Notes under the pieces: model-generated
What the model saw: only the letters and a program-made list of their open reading frames with translations
Databases searched by the model: none
Told to the model about the DNA's origin: nothing
IMG/VR virus record: IMGVR_UViG_3300031578_000005
Coordinates: 1-64,000 of that record
DNA from: a virus
Strand: one strand, 5' to 3'
Length of the DNA stretch: 64,000 nt
In this document: positions 9,443 through 20,300 of the stretch, piece after piece
How positions within the stretch are numbered: the stretch's first letter is position 1
How the letters are laid out: every line of letters starts with the position of its first letter
Program-made: the position numbers and the translations under genes

Positions 9443-11170
9443 TTATTTAATGATTTCTTTAAAAACAAAATAATCATAATACCAAGGTTTACCGGTATTT
9501 ATTTCAATTTGTTTTCGTTTAAACTTAGAATCAATAATTAGATCAGGATATGTGCTAGATAAATGTACTGTTAATACACCAGATTTATTTAAATAGTCAA
9601 TAAATTGTTTATTTGTTTTTTTACAGATTAACACATAATTCTTTGACTTATCATAATCAATATTAGCGGGAGTATTAGACTTTTTAATATATTGATTAAG
9701 CGTTGAAAAATGGATTGAATACTTTTTTGATAATTCTCGAATAGATAATTGATTAGTTAAATATTCATTATATATATTCTTTAATTCGATCTCAGTAAAT
9801 TTATCAAGTGATTTTCTTAATGTTGGATTGTATTCGTTGAAATTATTATTTAAAAAATCCTCCTCATAACACCAACGATAATTGTCATTTTTTGAATAGC
9901 CTAAACACTTTCTTAAAATTTGTTGATACGATAACTGGTCATTATTTTTATCGCCAGCATTTGCTAAAGATGGATATCTTTCTAAGACGGTATTGTCGGT
10001 ATTTAATTTTACGACGGGCTTATTAATTTTTTCAGTTCTTTTATTAATCCATTCTTTATTTTGTTTAACGTCTTTTCTAATTTTAGATAATTTTTGTATT
10101 GTTTCGGCATGAGCAATGGAATTTTTGCCACCAAATTCAATATTATATCCTAAATTTCTATTAGTTGTGTTATATTCAAAAATATATCTAATCTCTTTAT
10201 AATTCAACTCATCAATATTCTGTGCAGTATCAAGTATTATAAACTCAAAATTATCAAATCCATATTTATCAAATGCTTTTAGCACATATGGACTACAACT
10301 CTTGGCATTTGTTTTATATTCATAATATCTATCATTAAAACCCCTTGTAGTTTGTCCGACATATTTTTTATTATTGATTTTATTATTAATTAAATAAATA
10401 ATACCAGCAATTTCATTATTTCTTTTTGGATATGGAAGTATTAAATGACCAATACTTTTTAAAAACAATCGATTTTCTCGTTTATTGCCAATAAAATAAA
10501 AATATCTTCTTTTTCTATATTGTGGCAAAAATATTGCATCGGGATATTTTTGCAATATAATTTCCCTTTTAATTGTTCCAAATTCTTTTCTTATTGTACG
10601 TGAATGTTTTAATTTACCATTAATAAACACCGAGAATCTTTTTGTTTCTTTTCCATTTTTTCCATAATTTCCTGACATTAAACCAATATAGTGCCAATTT
10701 AATGATTGATAAATTGTACCAATTTCACCCGCAGCAGGATCAACAGTAGCGGTTATTATTTTATATTCAGTATTTTTCTTCAACCAGTCAGTAGTTTTTG
10801 AAATAAAATATGATGCGGTATTTTTTGGCGTCCACCACAAACAAACGCCCCTACTTAATAAAATAATTTTATTTGTAAACCCATATTTATCCCACGTGGT
10901 TGCTTTGTTTGCAGAATATTCTTCGGAATAAATAACAACACCACCTAAATGATAATCGCTTTCGATTTTAATAAATAATCCAAAATAAAATTTATTAAAT
11001 AATGGCATTGTTTTAAGCCATTCATATTTTAATATAATTTCACTGGCCATTCCCGAATCAATTAATTCAATTTTTGAATCAACCAGTGATATATCATCAA
11101 TATTAAATGATATATTATTATGTTCACTTTTCTCCTGCTCTTTTCTTATTTTATATTGATATGCTTCCAT
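9443..11170 (-). CDS. Mom-like GNAT domain fused to GIY-YIG endonuclease plus NUMOD/HTH region
   Basis: LSRGVC..TPKNTASYFISK...TATVDPAAGEIGTIYQSLNWHYIG; GIIYLI...KKYVGQT; start set at MEAYQY by alignment with its paralog. Confidence 0.75.
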   Translation of the reverse strand: MEAYQYKIRKEQEKSEHNNISFNIDDISLVDSKIELIDSGMASEIILKYEWLKTMPLFNKFYFGLFIKIESDYHLGGVVIYSEEYSANKATTWDKYGFTNKIILLSRGVCLWWTPKNTASYFISKTTDWLKKNTEYKIITATVDPAAGEIGTIYQSLNWHYIGLMSGNYGKNGKETKRFSVFINGKLKHSRTIRKEFGTIKREIILQKYPDAIFLPQYRKRRYFYFIGNKRENRLFLKSIGHLILPYPKRNNEIAGIIYLINNKINNKKYVGQTTRGFNDRYYEYKTNAKSCSPYVLKAFDKYGFDNFEFIILDTAQNIDELNYKEIRYIFEYNTTNRNLGYNIEFGGKNSIAHAETIQKLSKIRKDVKQNKEWINKRTEKINKPVVKLNTDNTVLERYPSLANAGDKNNDQLSYQQILRKCLGYSKNDNYRWCYEEDFLNNNFNEYNPTLRKSLDKFTEIELKNIYNEYLTNQLSIRELSKKYSIHFSTLNQYIKKSNTPANIDYDKSKNYVLICKKTNKQFIDYLNKSGVLTVHLSSTYPDLIIDSKFKRKQIEINTGKPWYYDYFVFKEIIK

Positions 11171-11184
11171 AATTGCACATATAA

Positions 11185-12642
11185 TCAAAATCTCCAAAGA
11201 ATTCCATTATTTATTTTATTTTTAGCACACCATCTCGAAATAGTTGATTGATTAACATTTTCAACTCTACTGGCATGTGCTGTTGAATCAAATGTTTGTA
11301 TTTTATTCGTATATGTGTCTATTTTATAAACTTTTTTACATATAATTTCTTTTTGTTTATCCGATAACCCCAACAACTTTTTTGTTTCGCTTATTTTTTT
11401 CTTAGTGTCATCATCACGATTTTTTCCAAGCCAATATTTTGGTGAGTTTGTGGATAAATATTCTTTTTCTTCTTCTGTTTTTGTTTTACCATATTTTTTA
11501 GCTTCATCAGTACCTGCTTTAGCAATTCTTCTGTCAATCCAAACATTGGTTTGTTTTATCCCAATATGTGATCTTGACATTCTCTCAAGAGTTTCTGTAT
11601 TGGGAATGGAATTTTTACCACCTAATTCAATATTATAACCAAACTCCTTTTGATTTGATTTATATTGTTGGATGTACTTAATTTCTTTTTCATTCAACTC
11701 GTCAAGGGTCGTTGCAGTATCTATAATACTAAATTCAAAACCATCCCAGCCATATTTTTTAAATGCATTTTGTAAATATGAATTACAAAATCCCTTTTCA
11801 TATTCACGTATTCTATCACGAAAAGAACGAATTGTTTGCCCAACATATTTTTTATTGTTGATCTTATTATTAATCAAATAAATTATACCTGAAATATCTC
11901 GCTCCCTTTTTTTATGTGGTAGTATTAAATGTTTTATTGAGTCATAATATTTACTATTTTCTCTTTTATTGCCAATAAAATAAAAATATCTTTCTTTCCT
12001 ATATTGTGGAACAAAAATAGCTTCTGGATAATGTTTTAGAATTTCGTCACGCTTCATCGACCCAATCTTATTCCGAACCCAACGTGAAAATCTTAATTTA
12101 CCATTAATAACTACACCAAATCTAGTTGCCATTTTGTTGCCATGATAATTTCCTGACATCAAGCCGACATAATGCCAATTTAATGATTGATAAATTGTAC
12201 CAATTTCACCAGCAGCTTTGTCCACAGTTGCTGTTATTATTTTATATTCGGTATTTTTCTTTATCCATTTTAATGTCCTACTAATAAAAAAAGATGCTGT
12301 GTTCTTAGGTGTCCACCATAAACAAACACCTCTACTTAATAACAACATTTTATTCTCATAACCATATTTCGCCCAAGCACCAGTATTTTCAGAATATTCA
12401 TTCCCAAAGACAAGAACCCCACCCAAATATTCAATATTACCAACAATGAAATATATTCCAAAAAAATATTTATTGGCAAAAGGCATGGAATGTAACCACT
12501 CGTATTCTAATATTATTTTTGTTGCGGTTGGTTTATCAATGCGTTTTATTTTTGTTTTATTTAAGTCAAGACAATTAATATCAAAATCAACCTTCTCTGT
12601 CATCGATTTTTCTTTTCTTATTCTATATTGATATGCTTCCAT
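11185..12642 (-). CDS. Mom-like GNAT domain fused to GIY-YIG endonuclease plus NUMOD3
   Basis: Tandem paralog of the previous gene with the same motifs. Confidence 0.75.
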   Translation of the reverse strand: MEAYQYRIRKEKSMTEKVDFDINCLDLNKTKIKRIDKPTATKIILEYEWLHSMPFANKYFFGIYFIVGNIEYLGGVLVFGNEYSENTGAWAKYGYENKMLLLSRGVCLWWTPKNTASFFISRTLKWIKKNTEYKIITATVDKAAGEIGTIYQSLNWHYVGLMSGNYHGNKMATRFGVVINGKLRFSRWVRNKIGSMKRDEILKHYPEAIFVPQYRKERYFYFIGNKRENSKYYDSIKHLILPHKKRERDISGIIYLINNKINNKKYVGQTIRSFRDRIREYEKGFCNSYLQNAFKKYGWDGFEFSIIDTATTLDELNEKEIKYIQQYKSNQKEFGYNIELGGKNSIPNTETLERMSRSHIGIKQTNVWIDRRIAKAGTDEAKKYGKTKTEEEKEYLSTNSPKYWLGKNRDDDTKKKISETKKLLGLSDKQKEIICKKVYKIDTYTNKIQTFDSTAHASRVENVNQSTISRWCAKNKINNGILWRF

Positions 12643-12672
12643 AGATATATGTTTTAATGCAACACAAATATA

Positions 12673-12704
12673 AAAAAAAGAGTTGGATTAATCCAACTCT
12701 TTTT
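12673..12704 (-). terminator. Intrinsic terminator after the major capsid gene
   Basis: aaaaaaagagttgga-ttaa-tccaactctttt hairpin with A/T tails. Confidence 0.8.
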
Positions 12705-12728
12705 AAAATTATATTTCGATTTTATCGA

Positions 12729-14411
12729 TTATTGTAAATCACCAATTCCAAATGTTTGTAAACCATCACAGAAGATACGACCATAATAACGATTAAGTAC
12801 CATTTTCTTTGCATAACGAGTCATAATACCACGTATAGGTGTAAAATCAAAAGGATTGTACATGACCGGCGTAAGTTGCATCGGGACGTATGGGGCGTAT
12901 ATGAAACCGGTCTCTAAGATAGAGGTTCCTTTATGTCCAATTAACACGGTGTTAGCTGGAGAATAAGGGTCACGATATACGATATAACGTCCACCAAGAG
13001 TACCAATTTTTTCAATACCCATGTTATACTTATCTTGTTCAGGAGAAGCATTGCTTACGTGGAAGTATTCAAGGTCATCAAATACTGCAGATACTTCAGG
13101 AGATACTACTACCCAAGAAGCACCACCACGAAGGGTTGCTTTATGAATTTGAGCTGAAATTTGATTGATTTTAGTAACCAATGTTTGGTTCCAGTCTTTT
13201 TGCACACCATAATAAGTGTTAGTACCTTTACGTAAGCCGTTATAGTCCCAACGAGCGGTCCAAGCAGCACCTCTACGTAAGTCACGAAGAATTTCACGGT
13301 CAATTTCAGCAGCCATTTGTTCTGATAATAAAGCAGTTAATTCAGCTTCGGCATCAATGTTATGGAAAGCAGAAACGTCCTGTGCTAATTCAGGTGTCCA
13401 CATAGCACGCATTTTACGTGTTTCAACACTTACAGTAACTTGATCTAATACGAAAGTTACCTCAGCCATTCTTGAATCTTCTTCAAGATCGCTATAGCTT
13501 CTGTAAGTTGCAATGAATGATGCAGTTGTTCCAGATAATGGTTGATAACCATTAGCACCCGGATATTGCATATCAACAACTAATACAATCTGGCCTAATT
13601 TATTAACAATACCTTGTCCGTATTTTTGAACTTTTACGTTAAAAGGAATGGCGTTACCAGCAGTAATACCTTCAGCTGCATAAGGAGATGGTGCAGTAAA
13701 GTTTGCACTAGCAGTAATTCTCAAACCAGCAAGGAATGATTCAGTGTCAAGTTGAACACCAGCAGGTCCGATTAATTTACCATCGTTAGATGTTGAGAAA
13801 CCACTAAGAATGATAGTAGCATATTTATCGGTTCCAAGGGTGAATGATGAATCAGTTAAACCAGTAACTGTGGTTTCAGTCATTGAACCTTTTGAGCGAT
13901 CAAATAATGATGTACCTTCTTCACTATATTCACTTGCATAAAATGCATCATATAATGAACGGCTTTCAAATTGTGTTGTTGATGTAGCAGCTTTTTCAGC
14001 AGCATTACCATAAGCACCATCAGGTGATGTGTGTAAGTTACCCGGAGTAGTTGTTGTAGTTGAGCTATCAACTCTAACACTAGTTTTTGGGTTAATGTAG
14101 TACAATTTACCAATTGGTAAGTTAAGTGCTTGTACTGACACGATATCATTTGCTAAAAGTTTAGCAAAAACTCTACGGATCACCGGGAAAGCAACTGTTT
14201 CAAATTGACCACTTGAAGATGAATCTGATGATTCATTAATCATATGTGATAATTGATTTTCGAATAACTGAGCACAGTTTTCTTTTACATTACCTTCCAA
14301 ACCTTCTAACAAACCAATTTTTTCCCAACGGTTTGTAGTTATTTCTCTTTGTTCACGAAGTTGTTTTAATCCAATATTACCAACTTCTGCAGATTCCATT
14401 AAAAATCCCAT
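12729..14411 (-). CDS. Major capsid protein (T4 gp23-like)
   Basis: FP.+RRVF..L.ANDIVSVQ, TRKMRAMWTPELAQD, AAEIDREIL, YAPYVP, RGIMTRYA. Confidence 0.96.
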   Translation of the reverse strand: MGFLMESAEVGNIGLKQLREQREITTNRWEKIGLLEGLEGNVKENCAQLFENQLSHMINESSDSSSSGQFETVAFPVIRRVFAKLLANDIVSVQALNLPIGKLYYINPKTSVRVDSSTTTTTPGNLHTSPDGAYGNAAEKAATSTTQFESRSLYDAFYASEYSEEGTSLFDRSKGSMTETTVTGLTDSSFTLGTDKYATIILSGFSTSNDGKLIGPAGVQLDTESFLAGLRITASANFTAPSPYAAEGITAGNAIPFNVKVQKYGQGIVNKLGQIVLVVDMQYPGANGYQPLSGTTASFIATYRSYSDLEEDSRMAEVTFVLDQVTVSVETRKMRAMWTPELAQDVSAFHNIDAEAELTALLSEQMAAEIDREILRDLRRGAAWTARWDYNGLRKGTNTYYGVQKDWNQTLVTKINQISAQIHKATLRGGASWVVVSPEVSAVFDDLEYFHVSNASPEQDKYNMGIEKIGTLGGRYIVYRDPYSPANTVLIGHKGTSILETGFIYAPYVPMQLTPVMYNPFDFTPIRGIMTRYAKKMVLNRYYGRIFCDGLQTFGIGDLQ

Positions 14412-14432
14412 TTTTTTATTTTTTTATTTAAT

Positions 14433-15839
14433 TTAAATTATTTTTTTCTTGCCTCTATTCTCAACATACTCAATTAACTTTTTCATTTTATTGATATGTT
14501 CATCATTTTCGTAAGCAGTTTTTTCAATTACTTCATCAAGTTTTTGTTTTGAAGACGGTTGTATTGAGGCAGATACTTTAGTTTCAATACTTTCAGTTAA
14601 AGTTTTAGTACTACTTTGCATTTCTGTTAAGATAGCTTTGTACTTTTTCTGTGATTCAGTAATACTATCAACCTTTTTAAATTCATTGATAATTTTAATT
14701 TTATCTTCTTGGGTTAATGCCAAGCTTTCATTTACCAATAAATTATTAACGTGTGCTAAATTGGTATTAAAGGTTGCCATTTCTCTCAATTGATTTCGAT
14801 ACTTTTCAAGTGCAGATTTATATTGCTCAACCAAAGTTGTTACTGATTGTTTGTATTTTTTGGTTTCATTTAATTTTTTTGTTAATTTTTTATTTTCTTC
14901 AATTAAACCACCAATTTTTGTTTCATTTTCTCTTAGGCCATAACGCATCTTATTCACAGCACTTTCTGGTTTGTGTTCTCTATTAGGAATACTTGCAGTT
15001 GTTGCTCTTTGGTTTGGATAATTATTAGCAATTGTTTCTTCAACAGGTTGTTCTTCATCATTTCCACCCAGTACCGCCATAACATCATCATCAGTAATTT
15101 CTTCTTCTTCAATTGGTGAATTGTCTTGATATTGCTCTTCCTCAACAGGTGAATTATTTCCGTTCATTCCGTTAAGTATTTCATCAAGTTGATTTTTTAG
15201 ACCAACAAGTTGATTGAAAGCATCACCACCCTGATTTTCTACAGAACCACGTTTTTCTAATTCAGGTTGAGGTAAATTACCCATATCATCAATTTCTTCA
15301 CCAAGCCCTTGCATTGAAGCAATTTCTTCTTCAATTTCATTCATTGTAATAATTTCGTCATCATCATCAGCACCTTCTAGTGCAGTACCTACACTCTGTG
15401 CATCTAATTCTGTTATGTCAAATTCTTCGGTTTGAAGTGCCTTTTTAGGGTTTTCGGTGTAAACACCATCTTTACCAGCATTTTCCACAATTTTTGCAGA
15501 TTTTTTTGCTTTTTCTTTAAAAGGATCGCCATCACCAACAGTATCGGTAATGTTTACAACTTCTTCAACCTTTTCGGTCTCTTTTTCTTGTTTTTTCATA
15601 ACAGGTTCTTTTTTTGTTTTATTTTTATCTGATTCTTCAGACTCTTCGGTATCGTCAATTTTTTTATATGACTCTTTTGCCGTTTTATTTTTATTAATTT
15701 CTTCTTTAAGTAGATTATTAAATTTTTCTGGAAACTCTTCGGCTAATCTTTTTTTAGCATTATTATTTGCAGCTTCCTTAATTGCATTAAAATCAGTTAA
15801 TGCTTCTTTAATTATCGATGATTTTTTATCTTCTTTCAT
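14433..15839 (-). CDS. Prohead scaffold/core protein
   Basis: Acidic coiled-coil protein between protease and capsid genes. Confidence 0.75.
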   Translation of the reverse strand: MKEDKKSSIIKEALTDFNAIKEAANNNAKKRLAEEFPEKFNNLLKEEINKNKTAKESYKKIDDTEESEESDKNKTKKEPVMKKQEKETEKVEEVVNITDTVGDGDPFKEKAKKSAKIVENAGKDGVYTENPKKALQTEEFDITELDAQSVGTALEGADDDDEIITMNEIEEEIASMQGLGEEIDDMGNLPQPELEKRGSVENQGGDAFNQLVGLKNQLDEILNGMNGNNSPVEEEQYQDNSPIEEEEITDDDVMAVLGGNDEEQPVEETIANNYPNQRATTASIPNREHKPESAVNKMRYGLRENETKIGGLIEENKKLTKKLNETKKYKQSVTTLVEQYKSALEKYRNQLREMATFNTNLAHVNNLLVNESLALTQEDKIKIINEFKKVDSITESQKKYKAILTEMQSSTKTLTESIETKVSASIQPSSKQKLDEVIEKTAYENDEHINKMKKLIEYVENRGKKKII

Positions 15840-15947
15840 ATTCTTAAAATATCGTATCTAATACCATAATTTTTATATAAATACATTCTTTTCGTAAAAA
15901 AGTATTAAATTCACTTAAATTTCTCACTTATATAGTCATATATGTTT

Positions 15948-16661
15948 TTATAATAAGAATTTATTAAGTGCTGTTGTTAATCTGTCATTATCTTCTTTAA
16001 GATAAAGACCATTTTTATTAACATAATTTTCTGCAAAATTAATATCGCCATTTTTTTCTGGAAATAAATAAGCTCCGGGAGTACTTGGTGTTGCGACCAA
16101 ATCAAAGCCAATTAATTCAAAATCATTTTGAACTAAATTTTCACCTTGAATTTCTTTAAGTGTACCAACACCACGACTTGATATCCCCAATCTGATTTTA
16201 TTTTCAAGATATAAAACGATTTTATCACCAATTACTGAAACAATTCCTAAATTAACATATCCTCTAGTAACAATAATTTTTAATTGTCCATATAATATGT
16301 TTTCTTGTTCACCCTTTCCCCACCACATTTTTGTGATCATATGGGAAATATTTTGTAGTGAAATTATTGATGACTCCGGGTGATCAGCTTCTGATACTGC
16401 ACTATTCGTACCTACTAATTTTTGATATTCCTCGACTTGTGGAACTAAAACTTCTTTTGGGTATATTCTACCATTTTTATTTTTAACTCCCCATTTTTGC
16501 AAAATACAATTAACCAAAACTGGTTCGTTTGGTTTTAGCACGAATGATTCAGTTATATATTGTGGATTAAGTTCACTATTAATCTCACCTGCATCATGTT
16601 CAATTAAATACATTTTTTCATTAAATCTATTCATACTATATGAGTCAATTACTTTAATCAT
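15948..16661 (-). CDS. Prohead core protease (T4 gp21-like)
   Basis: KNKNGRIYP, EADHP, GISSRGVG, FDLVATPSTPGA. Confidence 0.93.
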   Translation of the reverse strand: MIKVIDSYSMNRFNEKMYLIEHDAGEINSELNPQYITESFVLKPNEPVLVNCILQKWGVKNKNGRIYPKEVLVPQVEEYQKLVGTNSAVSEADHPESSIISLQNISHMITKMWWGKGEQENILYGQLKIIVTRGYVNLGIVSVIGDKIVLYLENKIRLGISSRGVGTLKEIQGENLVQNDFELIGFDLVATPSTPGAYLFPEKNGDINFAENYVNKNGLYLKEDNDRLTTALNKFLL

Positions 16662-16856
16662 AATATTAAATTACTTTTCATATAAATAGTTTTAATTATT
16701 GTTTTGAGCCAACATTAACAACTGAGTTTTCATTATTAATCTTTTTATCGCCATAATTCATATTGTCAATAAATAATTTTGTCTCCAAATCAATTAATAG
16801 TCTATTAATAATCGCATTAATCTCTTTGAGTTTTTCCAACTTTTTTGACATATAGA

Positions 16857-17255
16857 TTAATTTTTAATTGTTAGGTTCTCAACCTTTAATTGTAATTCAT
16901 CCAATTTTTTTAATATTTTTTCAGATTCAACTCTACCAATTTTTTCACTTAAGTCTAATAAATTAGAAACACCATTTAATACAAATAACGTTTCTTTTTC
17001 AGACTCAATCCATTGTCGATTTTTTTCACCCTCATTTTTGATCATCTCAACCCGAATTTTTTCTAGTGTATCTGAATGTTCTCGCCTGATATTATCAATT
17101 TTTGCTACATGTTGTTGTTGAATTAATTTTATTTCAATAGTTCTCATGCTCATTTTCTTATAAAGAACTGCTGAAAGAATAATTATAAAAATTGTTTGTA
17201 TTATTATTATAAATGAATCGGTATTATGATGCCAAGGTATTTGTGATATTATCAT
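16857..17255 (-). CDS. Membrane-anchored coiled-coil protein (possible lysis accessory)
   Basis: One N-terminal hydrophobic helix followed by coiled coil. Confidence 0.5.
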   Translation of the reverse strand: MIISQIPWHHNTDSFIIIIQTIFIIILSAVLYKKMSMRTIEIKLIQQQHVAKIDNIRREHSDTLEKIRVEMIKNEGEKNRQWIESEKETLFVLNGVSNLLDLSEKIGRVESEKILKKLDELQLKVENLTIKN

Positions 17256-17353
17256 ACTATTAGTTTTATTATAATAAATAGTTTAAATTATTCAATAATG
17301 AATAGTAATTATTAAAAATTTTATGTATATGTATTTATATAAAATCAATTTAA

Positions 17354-20300
17354 ATGAGTGATGATTTAAATAATTATCAAATAACAAAAGAACGTGATCA
17401 TGTTATACTAGTTGACCCCAATTATGTGAATATTAACTATGAAAACGGTTTCGTTAATGGGATTCCCAAATATGAAGACATGTTTATTTTCGCTGAGCTA
17501 ACCGCAACAAGTAAAGGGAGAACAATCATTGATTCTACGGGTATTAATAGCACTAATACGGTAACAATTAATTTATTAGGTGTTAATCAGGATAATACAA
17601 CACCTAATTCCGATTATTTAAATTTTACCACGAACTATTATGATGGTAGTATGGGCGGTAAAGATATATACGAAAGTTTTGGTATTTCAGCAATTAATAT
17701 TAAAATAAATTCATCATTCATACCACAAGTTAATATTCAATTTGTTGATATTAGAGGATTATCATTTTTTAATAATGAAAAATCCCCATATAGAATATTA
17801 TTTGATTTTCCCCCGCCAACATTTAAGTTAAAAATTAAGGGATATTATGGAAAGGCATTAACTTATGAATTACACTTAGTCAAATATACAACTGAATTCA
17901 AAGCCGAAAACGGTAATTTCGTTATTGATGCACAATTTGTTGCAATGACATTTGCACCATTGAGCGATATTTTATTTAGATATGTTACAAATATTGCAAT
18001 GGTTAAAGATTTTGGCATGACCCCAATTCCTAATGCTAAGCCAAGGAATACATATGATTTAATTCTTAAATTAAAAAGTCTGTATTCTTCAATAAATGAA
18101 AAAATAAAAGCCGAGCCTGAAAGTAAAAGATTTGAAATCATAAGAAAAAATATTGAAATAATTAATGGTGGTATTGATAAGATTAATTCATATAAAGATG
18201 ATACTATTTTATCAAAAGATACCAATCAGCCATTATTAATTATAAATAGCACCACAAATCTTGTTGAAAAAACACCGACAAATGATTGGAGTTTAATTGA
18301 TAACACATTATATTATGACAAAATTATTCAAAAGAGTGCGTCAAGCGGTATTAATATAAACCCCAAAGATAGATTATATATCGGATATGCTGTTGGTGCA
18401 AATTCATCAACAGTTGATGACGAAGATATATCAAATTTCCCACCAACAATTGCTGCGTATGATGGCAATACATCACGTATGGATGATTTAGTAAATAGTT
18501 TAAATAAATATGCTGAAACATTAATAAGCACAGTTAATAACGTGATTCCCAACATTACAATATCAAATGCTAGTAGTAATGTTAATTACAAGAAAAATGT
18601 TGCAACTGGTGATGATTTCTCAACAAGATATGCAATTTTGGATATTACTAGTTACTACATTAGCTTATATAAACAAAAAACTAATCTAAATAAAGAAAAA
18701 CAATCAATATCTGACATAATTAGCACAAAAGTTAATAGTATGATTATTACTGAGTTAGGAATGATACCTACAATATATAATGTATTTAAAATAATATTAG
18801 ATGATGTTGACCAGTTTTTCACTGAATTTCGTAAATATGCTTTTGAGGCAGAAACTGATCATAAAAGAGATATTAATAAAATTGCTAATGGTACTGGTAG
18901 TTTTGATGTGAATGGAACAAAAATTTATGCATATCCATTAATTATGGAACCAAAAGATGGTAGAAATGAACGAGTTGCACCAATTAAGTTGAGAAGATCA
19001 GGCATTAGTTTTCCTGAGCTAACATTTGTGGATATTTTTATTAAATCATTTCAAGAAGAAAGTTCACTAGCTGCTTTATATGATTTTAGAAACAACCAAA
19101 ATGATGATGGAACATTTAAATGGGTTCCAATATCACCTGTTGATTCAAAAATTGGCGGTGCTTCAAATCTAAGCCCATATATTCCGAACAATATAAATAA
19201 CGCAACAATACAAATTTTTCAAACAATTATTGAAAGATATTATATGTTATCCCAAGGAATATTTCCTGATGAGTTTGGTCCAAATACAATTGATAGTGTG
19301 AGTGGTGCATATCAAGGATTATTTGCTGAAGCTGAAGCAGCTAATTTAGCTGAGGTATTATCATTATTGCCCGATGATAAGACATTAAAATTTATTAAGA
19401 CCTCAATAAATACTTATTTGAATGACATAAAGAATTTTTATAAAGACATTAATAAAATTAGTTTATCTTCTGAGAATACGTTATATTCTTTCGTAAATGA
19501 TGTTGATTATTTTCAAATTAATCCAGATAATTCTGACGTGGGAAAAATTTATGTCGATAAAATAAATCCAAATTTTGTTGGTCTTAGTATCTATGAAAAT
19601 GCAATTCCCATTCAGAACGCTACAGATATTAATGATGCAACAAAACCTGTTGATTACTTCAAAAAAAATTCTGGTGGTGTTTGGATAAAAAATCTTGCTC
19701 AAGGTAGACCAAGTGAATTTCATTATGATTTTACTGAACAAAACTTTTTATATGTTAGCGATTATAATTCTAATAAAATTGAAAAAAATATTGTTGATAC
19801 ATCAACCGGTACGGTGTTAACAACAAGATATGTTGGATATAATGAAAATCAAGCTGGTGTTAATTTAGGTAGCTATGGTTATTATCTATCAAAAGTATCA
19901 TTTAGTGATGCATATGATTATGGTAATAATTTTTTAGGCGGACCAAAATATGTTTATAATTTCAAAAATTTAACAAATTTAGCTAATGTTGTAGATGTAT
20001 GGGTTCAAGAATTAAACGATAACGGGCATTATTTGGAAGATAAAGTAATTAACACCAATTCTAAATTAAGTGCGCTATTAATATTGGCAAATTTCGGTTG
20101 GACATTTTCACCATTTAATACTTACCCAAATGATATAAATTCACTTATTTTCAATACAGCAGCGGGCATTGAAGTACCAAAATTTTTGATACTATATCTA
20201 GGTGCATTAGTTGATGCGATAAATAATGATTGGGAAAATGAAATTATTGATTATTTTACAAATGATTCTGGAAAATATTTAAAAAATGGTGGCATTTTTA

